NCBI GenBank assembly: GCA_963755915.1
Contig: CAVWLP010000003.1
Location: 608,001-672,000 of the forward strand
Direction of reading: 5' to 3'
Length of the DNA stretch: 64,000 nt
Source of the DNA: an uncultured Phycisphaerales bacterium
Lineage (GTDB): Bacteria; Planctomycetota; Phycisphaerae; Tepidisphaerales; Tepidisphaeraceae
This document shows, in pieces, positions 52,530-62,685 of the stretch; positions within the stretch are counted from its first letter, which is position 1, and every line of letters begins with the position of its first letter. Both the position numbers and the translations under genes were made by a program. Below the pieces are notes generated by a model that worked only from the letters and a program-made list of their open reading frames with translations, was not told the origin of the DNA and searched no databases.

Positions 52530-52663
52530 TGCTCCCAAAACAAAAACAGCCATGCAAGTATAGGTCCAGTACGGATGCCGGTAAAACTAGCATCGGACGA
52601 TAGTAAGGTGAGCGTTTGGAAAACTTGACCGATACAGAAAGTCCGCCCTTGCAAGTAAAGCGG

Positions 52664-52963
52664 CTAGGCGGCACGTCCGCCCCATGGCCTTATTTTTTGC
52701 AGGACCTTCGATAATGCTGCCTGGGCCACTTCGCTGTCGTGTGCCGCCTGGGCTCGCAGCCAATACCCGTTGGAAAGTCCGAAGAACCTGCAAAGCCGAA
52801 GGTCCGTATCCGCGGTGATAGAGCGCTTACCTGTGATGATTTGCCCAATACGCTGAGCCGGCACCCCAATTTCACGCGCCACGCGGTATTGCGACAGTCC
52901 CGTAGGCACAAGAAATTCCTCTCGAAGAAGCTCGCCCGGAGTGACTGGTTTTAGTTTTCGCAT
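52664..52963 (-). CDS. higA: HigA family antitoxin (orphan)
   Basis: PVTPGELLREEFL..SQYRVAREIGVP..RSITADTDLRLCRFFG..YWLRAQ. Confidence 0.92.
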   Translation of the reverse strand: MRKLKPVTPGELLREEFLVPTGLSQYRVAREIGVPAQRIGQIITGKRSITADTDLRLCRFFGLSNGYWLRAQAAHDSEVAQAALSKVLQKIRPWGGRAA

Positions 52964-52973
52964 GAGCCGACTC

Positions 52974-52994
52974 TCAATGATAGTCAATGATCAT
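52974..52994 (-). pseudogene. Vestigial 3' end of a HigB toxin gene
   Basis: ATG ATC ATT GAC TAT CAT TGA (MIIDYH*) ends 10 nt before higA; HigB proteins typically end EI(V/I)DYH*. Confidence 0.6.
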
Positions 52995-53011
52995 CCATCG
53001 GCACAGGCGAT

Positions 53012-53617
53012 TCATCCGATCCTCGCTTCAACCGCCGGAGGAATCGTCCCACACTCCGGGCACCGCTGCGGCGTACCCCGCAGATCGTACCCACATGCCA
53101 CGCACTGGCCCATCGCGAATCGCCTTTGTCGCCTGCGGCGTTTCGTAAATGCAACAAATCGCCACGTCGGCAGCGAAGCGGTCAGCACCGCGATCAACCA
53201 GTTGTCGATGTAGAAGTTGTGTGACCGAGACACTTGAGTCGTCACCGGGCCGATATTCGCGTCAATGCCGTATGATTCGGTCCGGTAGAATCCAAATCCA
53301 ATCCCCGTTCTGCCTGTCGGCCCGCGAAAGGTCGGCATACTGAAATGGAATAGTGCCTCGAAGCCTGACGCCTGCGTTGCCGCACCTATTTGAATCTTGG
53401 GATTCGGGCTGGCGGAATTCAGGATCACCGCCTGGAACCACTGCGAATGGGATAGCCGGAAGTTGCCTCCACCCGCGCTGAATTGCCATGTACCGTTCGG
53501 ACTCGAAAAAATATCGCTACGCCAATATCCCACTATCCAGGCAGCGAGATTGAGAACGAAAAGAATGGCACAGAATACTGCGAGCGATGTGAGGATTCGT
53601 CTCAAGGCCTTCCTCAA
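53012..53617 (-). CDS. Membrane protein with C-terminal Zn ribbon
   Basis: Two TM helices; GQCVACGYDLRGTPQRCPECG. Start uncertain. Confidence 0.75.
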   Translation of the reverse strand: MRKALRRILTSLAVFCAILFVLNLAAWIVGYWRSDIFSSPNGTWQFSAGGGNFRLSHSQWFQAVILNSASPNPKIQIGAATQASGFEALFHFSMPTFRGPTGRTGIGFGFYRTESYGIDANIGPVTTQVSRSHNFYIDNWLIAVLTASLPTWRFVAFTKRRRRQRRFAMGQCVACGYDLRGTPQRCPECGTIPPAVEARIG

Positions 53618-53632
53618 TCCGGCACGCCAAAG

Positions 53633-54611
53633 TCACCTTGGCACCGGCCCCATTCCCCTGTCCCGGCACAATTCCCCCGGCGCATTCAGCGCATCCACCG
53701 CCTTCACTTCCTCCGCCGTCAGTTTCACATTCAGCGCCCCCATATTGTCCTGCAATTGCTCCACCGTTCTCGGCCCAATTATTGGACACGTCACCCCCGC
53801 AACCTGCAAACACCACGCAATCGAAAACTGGCTAGACGAAATCCCATGCGTATCCGCCAGTTTGTCCACCCCTTCCATCACTGGCCACTGGCTCGCCGGA
53901 AAGTCCGTCTTCCCCTGCGCCTTATACCATGACCCTTCCGGAATCTTCCGCCCGCCACGCGTATACGCCCCCGCCAATCGCCCGCGCGCAGCGGCGCCCA
54001 GGTAATCGTCGCGATTTCATACTTCTGGCAAAATGGCAGCACTTCCGCCTCAATTCGCCGGTCGATGATATTGATCTGCGGCTGCTCCACATCAAACCGC
54101 ACCGTCCCCAGCTCGCGCGCAAAAAATGCGCCTCCGCCAGTTGCCACGCCGCGAAAACGCTGCTGGCCAGATAAAGCACCTTCCCCTGGCGCACCAAATC
54201 ATCAAGCGCCCGCAATGTCTGATCGATCGGCGTATCCGGATCGGGCCGGTGAATGTGGTACACATCGATCCGCTCGGTATTGAGCCTCCGCAGAGACTCC
54301 TCCACCTCGCGCACGATATGCCAGCGATGGTTCCCCGCATCGTTAATGTTCGGCGACCGCCGGCCATGCACTTTCGTGGAGAGCACGATCCGATCCCGCG
54401 TCCCCCGCTCCTTCATCCATTGACCGATGACCTCCTCCGATTTTCCGTCGTTGTAAACATTGGCCGTGTCGATGAAGTTCCCGCCAAGCTCCAGATAATT
54501 GTCCAGGATTTTTTTCGACTCGGCCGCGGAGCTTCTCCCGCCGAAGTTCATGGTGCCAAGACAGAGCGGGGTAACTTTTACGCCGGTTCGGCCGAGAATG
54601 CGGTATTGCAT
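53633..54611 (-). CDS. Aldo/keto reductase (frameshifted)
   Basis: LGRTGVKV..LCLGTMNFG, FIDTANVY, SLRRLNTERIDVY, PIIGPRTVEQL. Confidence 0.9.
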
Positions 54612-54634
54612 GCTTATCCTTCAAAAAACGTCGC

Positions 54635-54838
54635 CTACTTCGCAATGCGCCGGCGTCGATTATCAGGCTTTTTCATTTTCAATCCAAGCTCGCGCCCCAA
54701 CTGCTGAATCGCAAGCCGCGATTGCTCCGCAAGCTTCCGGACATCGCCGCCCGCCTCGCGACTGAGTCGGTCTCGAATTTTGCGCACATCGTCGACGGCG
54801 GTTTTTTCCGATCTTTTCTTGGACTTAGTCATTGCCAA
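54635..54838 (-). CDS. Small protein downstream of the PIN toxin (putative antitoxin)
   Basis: AVDDVRKIRDRLSREAGGD; directly follows the PIN gene. Confidence 0.6.
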   Translation of the reverse strand: MAMTKSKKRSEKTAVDDVRKIRDRLSREAGGDVRKLAEQSRLAIQQLGRELGLKMKKPDNRRRRIAK

Positions 54839-54842
54839 TCTC

Positions 54843-55304
54843 CTACAACATATCCGGCGTCACCAGCAATGGCGGCGTCAGGCCTACCCGAGCGCAAATC
54901 ACCGAAAAATTAATGCGCTTATTCGGATTAGCCAGATGTTTCACATTCCATGTCATCAGATAATCCATTCGATGAACGGCCGCGACGGCCACGTGAAGCG
55001 CATCTCCGGCAACTGCCGGTGACGGCATCACGCGCTCATCCACCAACAGTTGACCGAATTGTATCACCTCTTCCGTGATTTCAAGCGCACTGAGGTTTCG
55101 CAGCATTTCAAGTGCCTTGGCGCGACCTTTGAAGTCGGGATGAGAAAGCTCTTTCACAACTTCGGAAGAGATGAAAAGATCGAACGTGGACGCCTCGTTA
55201 TTCCACCAAAGGTTCGTCGACTCGCGCCACCCTCGGTTACGAGCCCCCGAACGCGTGCTCACACTCACACTGAAAAAACTGGTTTCGAGGTAGACCCTTA
55301 CCAT
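54843..55304 (-). CDS. PIN-domain (VapC-like) protein; in frame with the upstream phosphatase as assembled
   Basis: VYLETS, ISSEVVKE, DALHVAVA, DYLMTWNVKHLAN; own TATTTT-N6-ATG start. Confidence 0.85.
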   Translation of the reverse strand: MVRVYLETSFFSVSVSTRSGARNRGWRESTNLWWNNEASTFDLFISSEVVKELSHPDFKGRAKALEMLRNLSALEITEEVIQFGQLLVDERVMPSPAVAGDALHVAVAAVHRMDYLMTWNVKHLANPNKRINFSVICARVGLTPPLLVTPDML

Positions 55305-55339
55305 GAAATTAAAATACCAGAAGATCCCGCGCACTACGG

Positions 55340-56987
55340 CTAAATCCTGCGCCAGCAAAAACGTCCGATCATCCGTGATCGGCGACGCCCCGCGCGTCTC
55401 GTCCAATTCTTTCGTCAGCTCATCCCGAAGCTGGCTGAGTGGAATCTCGGGATTCGCCGCATAGAGCGAGCCAATCTGCTTCTTGACGCCTTCAACGCCC
55501 AGCATTTTCCCCTCGGCATCGTACATTTCCGTCACCCCGTCGGTGTACAGGTAAAGCAGCTCCCCAGGCTTCAGCTCGTCGGAGTCGATGAAAGGACTTG
55601 TAGGCAAAACCCCCAGCGGCGGATTGTTGCCGTAATTCAACTCGCGCACTTCGCCAGACCGGCTGGCAATGAAAATCGGCGGATGCCCCGCGTTGAGATA
55701 TTCGACCATGCCCGTCGCCGGATCGAACAAAACCGCCAGGAGCGTCAGATGGCTTTGCCGATCCATCGAATTGATTAGAAACTGGTTGAGGTCCTGCGCC
55801 ATCTCAGAAAGCGACTCGCCGGAACGAATCGAACGGTCCACAACGCTGTGAACGCCCGTCGCCACCATCGCCGCCGGCAATCCCTTCCCAGAAACATCCG
55901 CCACAACCAGCGCAACCTTCCCGCTGGGAGCGCTGACGACGTTCGCATAATCCCCCCCGATCCACAGACACGGCTCAAACCCGATGGCAACTTCCAACCC
56001 CGGCGCCGTCGGATCGCGCGACACCAGCGACAACTGGATCTTTCGCGCCCGCTGAAGCTCGTTCTGAATCACCGTGTTGTTTTGGGTATTTTTTCGCGCT
56101 TCGATCTGAAGCTCCGCCTTTTTGTATTGCTCCGCCGCGAGGGTAAGCAGCGCAAGCCGCTCGAGCGTGCCAAATTCATGCGGAACCGTCGCATAGAGCA
56201 CATCGGCGACACTCGACTCCACGCGCAGCGGGCACGCGATGATCGCCGTAACCCCTCGCTCCGCGTCCGAAAAGGTAACGGTAAGCCCGCTCGAAATCGC
56301 CCCACCCGCCAGCACCGGCTGCTGCCCGTCAATCGCGGCCTGCACGACCGTCCGCGAAATTCCTGCCGGCACCGCGCATCCGACCCGAAGCTGATATGGG
56401 CACAAAAGCTGCGGCCCCGCCCCACCATCGCGCCCCACACGCAACGCCACCGCGGAATCGCAGCTCATCCCCTCCCCCACAAGGCTCTGGCAAAGCTCCA
56501 AAAGCCGCCGATTCGAATCGGCAATCTCCATCAGGTGCGACCCCAGCGCGTTCACCTTGGCCAGATTCGATGCATTAATCCTCCGCGCCGGCGAAGACGA
56601 AAGCGTCCGAAAATCCGTCGACTGCGGCTCCTCGTGCGACCACGTCGTCGATCGCGCCGCCCCCGTCGCCGTCTCCATCGACGGCCACAGAATCCGCATC
56701 TGAAACTGCCCGATTTCAATCAAATCGTCATGCTTCAGCGGCCGTTCCGTAACGATCTCCCCATTCACCCGCGTGTGATTCCGGCTCTCCAGATCGCGAA
56801 TCGTCCATTGCCCCGCCTCATCGCACGAAATCTCCGCATGCCGCCGCGAAATCCGCTGGCTCTCCAGCGGAATATCGCACTCCGAATGCCGCCCCACCAC
56901 GATCGGCGAACTCTTCATCTCATGCCGGCTCGTCTGCCCCTGCGGCGACATGATTTCGAGGATGGGAAATTCCGGCGCTTCCGACAT
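55340..56987 (-). CDS. FHA-GAF-SpoIIE (PP2C) protein phosphatase
   Basis: VGRHSECDI..ISRRHA..DLESRNHTRVNG (FHA); GGDY, ADVSGKG, NAGHPP, YTDGVTE, DDRT. Confidence 0.9.
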
Positions 56988-57139
56988 GACGCCGCAAATA
57001 ATAGACCCACGCGCACCGGAAAGAAACGTCGATCTCCCTCCAACGCCCCACACCGGGAATGAGCCGGGCCGTCCCCGGCCCGTTCCCCCCGGATCCTTTT
57101 GGCATTCGGCATTCGAACTTCCCCCGTTATATTTCCCCC

Positions 57140-57562
<423 letters not shown>

Positions 57563-57617
57563 GGGTGTGAGCAGGAGCGTCCGCCCGTCACGCCTCACGG
57601 GATGCTAGAATAACGGG

Positions 57618-58013
57618 ATGGCGTCTTCGGCAATCGATAAATGGCTCTGCGCATTTCCTCTGGACGGATGGATCAGAGATCATGTCGCGGCTGTCGTCGA
57701 GAATCTACCGAGTGAGGTTAGGGCCGATCTGATGAATGATCCGGAATTTGTGGTATACGATTTCGATCCTGGGCCGCATGCGGTGATGGAGGTGCCGGTG
57801 CGATTCAGCTGCGGGGGCAAACCAGGCCGTTCCATTGTTCTCAAGCGAACGATCAAGCAGAAGCCCATTCCGTTCGTGAGATGGGTGATCGCCCATGAGT
57901 TCGCGCACGTCTACCTCCGGCATGGAGGCCGCTGGCCTGATGAAGACCCGGAGCACGCGGCAGATTCGCTGGCTGCGGCATGGGGATTTCCGAAGCCCGA
58001 TAAGAGGCTGTGA
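57618..58013 (+). CDS. Hypothetical HExxH metalloprotein
   Basis: IAHEFAH...EHAADSLAAAWGF. Confidence 0.7.
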   Translation: MASSAIDKWLCAFPLDGWIRDHVAAVVENLPSEVRADLMNDPEFVVYDFDPGPHAVMEVPVRFSCGGKPGRSIVLKRTIKQKPIPFVRWVIAHEFAHVYLRHGGRWPDEDPEHAADSLAAAWGFPKPDKRL

Positions 58014-58158
58014 CGGTTGAACACCGGCTTTCCATGCCAGTATTGCTTGGAAACTTCCGGGGGACGCGACTGGCTTTCTACATCAAATTCGCCCGAAGCG
58101 GCCTAAAAGAGAGCGGTTTCTTGACGCCTCCCCCCATTTCGTATCCAATTCCCGCCCT

Positions 58159-59052
58159 ATGGCCAAGGCTCGTGCGATCGTCAAGCGCCGCAAAGCGGTG
58201 CGGAACATCAAGAAGATCACCAAGACCATGCAGATGATCGCCACGGCGAAATTCCAGAAATCGCTTAAGCGCACCGTCGGAACCAAGGTCTATTCCAACA
58301 AGGTCCGCGAACTGGTCGCCGAAGTCGCCCGCAGCATCGGCGATATCTCCCATCCGCTCCTCCGCCGGCCCGGCGAAAACGACCCCGGCGAAGTCGCCCT
58401 GCTCGTCATCACCAGCAACCGCGGCCTCGCCGGCGCGTACAACGGCAGCGTCCTGCGAACCGCCACCCACTTCATCAGGGAGCAAGAGGCGAAGGGCAAA
58501 AAAATTGACCTCTTTGTCGCCGGCAAAAAAGGCATCAGCTATTTCAACTTCCAGCGCCGCCCGATTGTCCAGCGCATCGATCTCGGCGACGCCCCCAAGT
58601 TCGAAGACGTCGAAAAAGTCGCCTTGGACTTCATTGCGAAATTCACCACCTCCAAATACGCCGCCGTCCACGTCGTCTACATGAACTTCATCAGCGCCGG
58701 CGTCCAGAAACCCGAAGTGATGACCCTCCTCCCCCTCGCCGGCGTCGATGCGAAAAAGCCTGACCACAGAGAAGGCGGCTTCAAGATCAACGCCATTTAC
58801 GATTTCGTCCCCGACGCCCAGACCCTCCTCGACGAGCTACTTCCCCAGACCGTCAAGACGGCCCTCTTCCAGGCTTTCCTCGACGCCACCACCAGCGAGC
58901 ACGTGGCCCGCATGATCGCGATGAAGAGCGCCACCGACAACGCCGACAAGATGGTTAAGTCCCTGACCATGCGATACAACCGCGCCCGGCAGAGCCAGAT
59001 TACGACCGAGCTGTCGGAAATCATGGGTGGCGTTGAGGCGATGGAATCCTAA
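58159..59052 (+). CDS. atpG: F1 ATP synthase gamma subunit
   Basis: KKITKTMQMIA, TSNRGLAGAYN, SEHVARMIAMKSATDNA, YNRARQSQITTELSEI. Confidence 0.97.
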   Translation: MAKARAIVKRRKAVRNIKKITKTMQMIATAKFQKSLKRTVGTKVYSNKVRELVAEVARSIGDISHPLLRRPGENDPGEVALLVITSNRGLAGAYNGSVLRTATHFIREQEAKGKKIDLFVAGKKGISYFNFQRRPIVQRIDLGDAPKFEDVEKVALDFIAKFTTSKYAAVHVVYMNFISAGVQKPEVMTLLPLAGVDAKKPDHREGGFKINAIYDFVPDAQTLLDELLPQTVKTALFQAFLDATTSEHVARMIAMKSATDNADKMVKSLTMRYNRARQSQITTELSEIMGGVEAMES

Positions 59053-59142
59053 TGCCGAATGGCAAGTCGTCAATCCGAATCGAGAATGCCTAATCCCAGA
59101 ACGCTGAATTTTACATTTTTTTACGTTTTTTTACGTTTTAGA

Positions 59143-60665
59143 CAATAGTGTCCGGAACGCAGGCTCACAAATAACACAATCTTGCGCTTGCGCGAAGCAG
59201 CGTTTTGTGGTTCACTGCCGCCACGTGCACGCGGACCTTTGCCCAGCTTCTGGATTGCCCGCCAAGCCGGGACGAAAGCCGCGGCCGGCGGTGCGGGGGG
59301 AGGATTTGTTCGGCGGCAAGTACGTCGGTATTTTGCAGGATCATCTGGCCCGCCTGCGGGCGGCGCATCCCCACCCCAATCGCACGCTTTTTTATGACGA
59401 TGTGACCCTTGCCTATCTGCTGGCGTTTTTCACGCCGGCGATTCGCAGCCTGCGGACGATGGAGGATTTCAGCCAGACCGAGCAGATGCAGGAGCAGCTT
59501 TCGGTCGATCGCCTGCCGCGTTCCACGCTTTCCGATGCCAACGCCCTGTTCGATCCGACGCTGCTGGAGCCGATCATCGAGGAGTTGCGGGCGCGGCTGC
59601 CGCACCTGCGTCACGGCGATCCGAAGCTGGCGGAGTTGACCGAGCGGGTACGGGTGGTGGATGGGTCGCTGTTCACCGTTGCCGCCGACGTGGCCTGGGC
59701 GCTGCATCAAAGTCGACCCAACGGAAAGCCCATGGACACGATTCGCCTGAATCTTCAATGGGCGGCGGGCGTGGGGGTTCCCGAGGGAGTGACGATCAGC
59801 GGCGCGGGATGCTCCGAGGCGCAGGCGCTGATGCAGTCCCTGGAGCCGGGACAGATTTACGTCATGGACCGCGGCTACGTCTGTTTCGAGCTGCTGGAGC
59901 GGATCGTACATGCCTGCAGCGATTTTGTGCTCCGGCTCAAGTCAAACAACTATTTCATTCCCATCGAAAACAATGACTTGACCCCCAAGTCCCTGCCGCT
60001 GAGCGATGAAGACCGCGCTGCCGGCATTCTCAGCGACCGGATCGGATACCTGGGCTCAGAAGGGCCACGCTTTGCTCCTCCGGCGGGAAAATGGCTTCGG
60101 GAAGTGACGATCTTCGACCCGGACAAACCCGACAGGCCCCTGCGGCTGCTGACCAATCTTCTTAACATTCCCGCCCATGTCATCGGTCTGCTCTACCGCT
60201 GGCGATGGAAGATCGAGCTGTTTTTCCGCTGGCTGAAAGTGCACGCCCACTTCCGCCATCTCACCAGCCACAGCAAAAACGGCGTCACCACCGGGTTCTA
60301 CATCGCGGTCATCGGGGTGCTGTTGATCTATCTGCACACGCAGCGTCCGGTGAGCAAATATGCCTACGCGATGCTGAGCCTGGTCGCCGCGGGAGGGGCC
60401 ACGTTGCAAGAGATTATTCCCATCCTGCAGCGCCGAGAACGGGAATGCGAGCTGCAGCGTCAGCGTGTGGCACGGAAGAAGGCTGAAAAAATCGTCAAGT
60501 AAGTCACCGGGGGTTTTTGTTGTCCGGCCGCCGGTGAACGCCGCGGCATGCGCTGCAGGAGCAGCGCTGAACCTTCCACGCCGTTGCCCATCGAGGCAAC
60601 GCAGCCTTTCGAGTGAAAACCCGAAAAATCCCAGCTCTAAGACGCGGAAGTCCCGGACAATATTG
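59143..60665 (+). mobile_element. IS4-family insertion sequence, 1523 bp, 9-bp target duplication CGTTTTAGA
   Basis: Left end CAATAGTGTCCGGAAC; right end reverse complement CAATATTGTCCGGGAC (14/16); CGTTTTAGA at 59134-59142 and 60666-60674. Confidence 0.92.
59207..60502 (+). CDS. IS4-family DDE transposase
   Basis: VVDGS, VMDRGY, YRWRWKIELFFRWLK (Y-R-E-K motif). Start uncertain. Confidence 0.92.
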   Translation: MVHCRHVHADLCPASGLPAKPGRKPRPAVRGEDLFGGKYVGILQDHLARLRAAHPHPNRTLFYDDVTLAYLLAFFTPAIRSLRTMEDFSQTEQMQEQLSVDRLPRSTLSDANALFDPTLLEPIIEELRARLPHLRHGDPKLAELTERVRVVDGSLFTVAADVAWALHQSRPNGKPMDTIRLNLQWAAGVGVPEGVTISGAGCSEAQALMQSLEPGQIYVMDRGYVCFELLERIVHACSDFVLRLKSNNYFIPIENNDLTPKSLPLSDEDRAAGILSDRIGYLGSEGPRFAPPAGKWLREVTIFDPDKPDRPLRLLTNLLNIPAHVIGLLYRWRWKIELFFRWLKVHAHFRHLTSHSKNGVTTGFYIAVIGVLLIYLHTQRPVSKYAYAMLSLVAAGGATLQEIIPILQRRERECELQRQRVARKKAEKIVK

Positions 60666-60845
60666 CGTTTTAGAAGAAATGATTAGTATGTACTAGTTTA
60701 TCGAGACGATGATAAGTCTGTTTGGGGCAATTGGTTGGGCTGGATCGGGGTTAATCATTCAGAAAAACTCGGCCAGGGGATGTAACATGAGACCGCGACT
60801 TCAGGACCGCCATTGATCTCTACGCAACTGCTGGGAGAAAACATG

Positions 60846-60927
60846 CTTTTCTTGGCGCTCTTGGCGTCTTGAGCGAAGCGGGCGGTTATAAGATTTTTAA
60901 CCGCCACGCGAAGGGCGCCAAGAAAAG
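60846..60927. repeat. Imperfect inverted repeat of CTTGGCG units downstream of the XylR-like gene
   Basis: CTTTTCTTGGCGC...GGCGGTTA...TAACCGCC...GCGCCAAGAAAAG. Confidence 0.65.
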
Positions 60928-60930
60928 AGG

Positions 60931-62142
60931 TTACTCATCCCCGCCATCATTCTGCGCCGCCAGCACTTCCGCCGGATCCTTCGGCGTCTCGTCCGGCAGC
61001 CGGAACTGGGAGCGATACGACGTCGGCGTCGTCCCCACCAGGGCCCGGAAAACCTGCGACAACTGCTTCGCCTCCGAAAACCCCGACCGCCGGGCGACGA
61101 TCGGCATCGGCAAATCCGTGCTCGATAGAAGCTGCTTGGCCAGGTCCACCCGTACCCGGCGGATCTCTTCCAGCGGACTGCGCCCCAGGACTTTTCGGAA
61201 TTTCCGCTCCAGCGACCGCCGCTGCACCGGCAGCGCCAGCAGCAGCTCGCGCACGCCGATCCATTCGCCTGCATGCGCCAGAATAAACCGCAGGGCGTTG
61301 GCCACATCGGGGTCGCGCACGGAAACATTGTCCGTCGATTCGCGTGGGATGACGCTGGAGACCTGGATCACTCGATGCCGCTCGGCCGGGCGTTTGCCGC
61401 TGATCAGCGTCGCCAGCAGGTCGGCCGCTTCAAACCCCACCCGCTCGGCGGGCAATGCCACGCTGCTCAGCGCCGGGCTGGAAAGCCCGCAGATCACCGG
61501 ATCATTGCCGCACCCCAGAACCGAAACCACTCCCGGCACGCGAACCGACGCCGACCGGCACGCATCCACCACCATGCGCCCCAGCCCATCATTCATCGCA
61601 AATATCCCCGCCGGCTTTGGCAGCGATTCGATCCATTGCGCCAGCGCGGCAAACGCCGCCGAGTCGATTTCCTCCGGCACCTCATGCTTGGAAATTTTCG
61701 TGAACCCGTCGACCGAAAGGCGATCGGCGAACCCGCTGAACCGCACCTTCGAATCATTCCGATCGGCATAGCCGACAAATCCAAAATGCCGCATCTGCCG
61801 CTCGAGAAAATGGCTCGCCGCCAGCGAGCCGATCATTTTGTCATCGCAGGCCACGGTGAGAAGATCAGGCTCATTGAGGGCGGATGAGATGCTCACGCAG
61901 GGAATGGAGAGGGACTCAAACCGCTGAGCCTGCTCCTCCGATTCAATCAGGGCAACCACCCCGGCACACTCCGCCCCCGACCAGTTCGACTCCTTCAGGC
62001 CCACCGCCCCGTTCCTCTGAACCGGAGCATCGGCCAGAATCCAATTGGTGGTGGCTGCAAACCGGATAATTCCCTGAATAACCCCCCGGCCATATTCAAT
62101 GTCGGTGGGCACGCTAAGCAGAATGGATGCCGATTTGCGCAT
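60931..62142 (-). CDS. XylR-like regulator (periplasmic-binding-protein-like sensor plus AraC HTH)
   Basis: YGRGVIQGI, LPKPAGIFAMND, PALSSV, RRSLERKF..SGFS..FRALVGTTPTSYR. Confidence 0.9.
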   Translation of the reverse strand: MRKSASILLSVPTDIEYGRGVIQGIIRFAATTNWILADAPVQRNGAVGLKESNWSGAECAGVVALIESEEQAQRFESLSIPCVSISSALNEPDLLTVACDDKMIGSLAASHFLERQMRHFGFVGYADRNDSKVRFSGFADRLSVDGFTKISKHEVPEEIDSAAFAALAQWIESLPKPAGIFAMNDGLGRMVVDACRSASVRVPGVVSVLGCGNDPVICGLSSPALSSVALPAERVGFEAADLLATLISGKRPAERHRVIQVSSVIPRESTDNVSVRDPDVANALRFILAHAGEWIGVRELLLALPVQRRSLERKFRKVLGRSPLEEIRRVRVDLAKQLLSSTDLPMPIVARRSGFSEAKQLSQVFRALVGTTPTSYRSQFRLPDETPKDPAEVLAAQNDGGDE

Positions 62143-62392
62143 AATGGTTCGTCGAAACTGAAAAACTGACTACTTAGGCGAGGCCGCGAAAGGTTACCTG
62201 AATTGCCCGGATCGTTCAATGAAAAAGCCGCAATTTGCGAACCGACTTGGCGTTTTTGAGGTTACCGTCTGGTTAGGCTGGGAAATTCGGGCTCACCGCG
62301 GAGAAAACGGATAATTGCGGCAGGATGGGGGGCTCTAGATTGCCGGCATTAACCAATATGCGAGGCAACTGGCTCGACGCTAGAATGGGTCA

Positions 62393-62524
62393 ATGCTTTT
62401 TGCCGTTGGGGTGGCCCTTTTTCTGCTCCTGATCGTGGTCGGATGGATCGTCATTCGTCTGGCGATGAGGGACCGCAATGATGCCAATGGGTGGAATTGC
62501 AATAATGGCGGATGGATTGGGTGA
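62393..62524 (+). CDS. Small single-pass membrane protein, 43 aa
   Basis: TAGAAT-N6-ATG; MLFAVGVALFLLLIVVGWIVIRLAMRDRNDANGWNCNNGGWIG*. Confidence 0.55.
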   Translation: MLFAVGVALFLLLIVVGWIVIRLAMRDRNDANGWNCNNGGWIG

Positions 62525-62685
62525 ATCAGCGGTAGGTTCACTGCTTTTGTGACGGCGGCACATAAACCTAAGGCCCTGCACATTTACTAAATGGTCCGAA
62601 GCGGCATAAGCGCAATGCCGAGGCAACTGAGTTTTTGCATTGAGTCTCTGCGATCTCAGCGCTCTCGCCGGTGAAGCATCCGGAT

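Noticed and set aside
52463-52663. SAM or cobalamin riboswitch upstream of metH
   Set aside because: No recognisable consensus by eye, only a REP-like hairpin. An Rfam scan would settle it.
62134-62162. TGCGCATAATG resembling the XerC arm of a dif site
   Set aside because: There is no XerD arm (TTATGTTAAAT), and it overlaps the start codon of the XylR-like gene.
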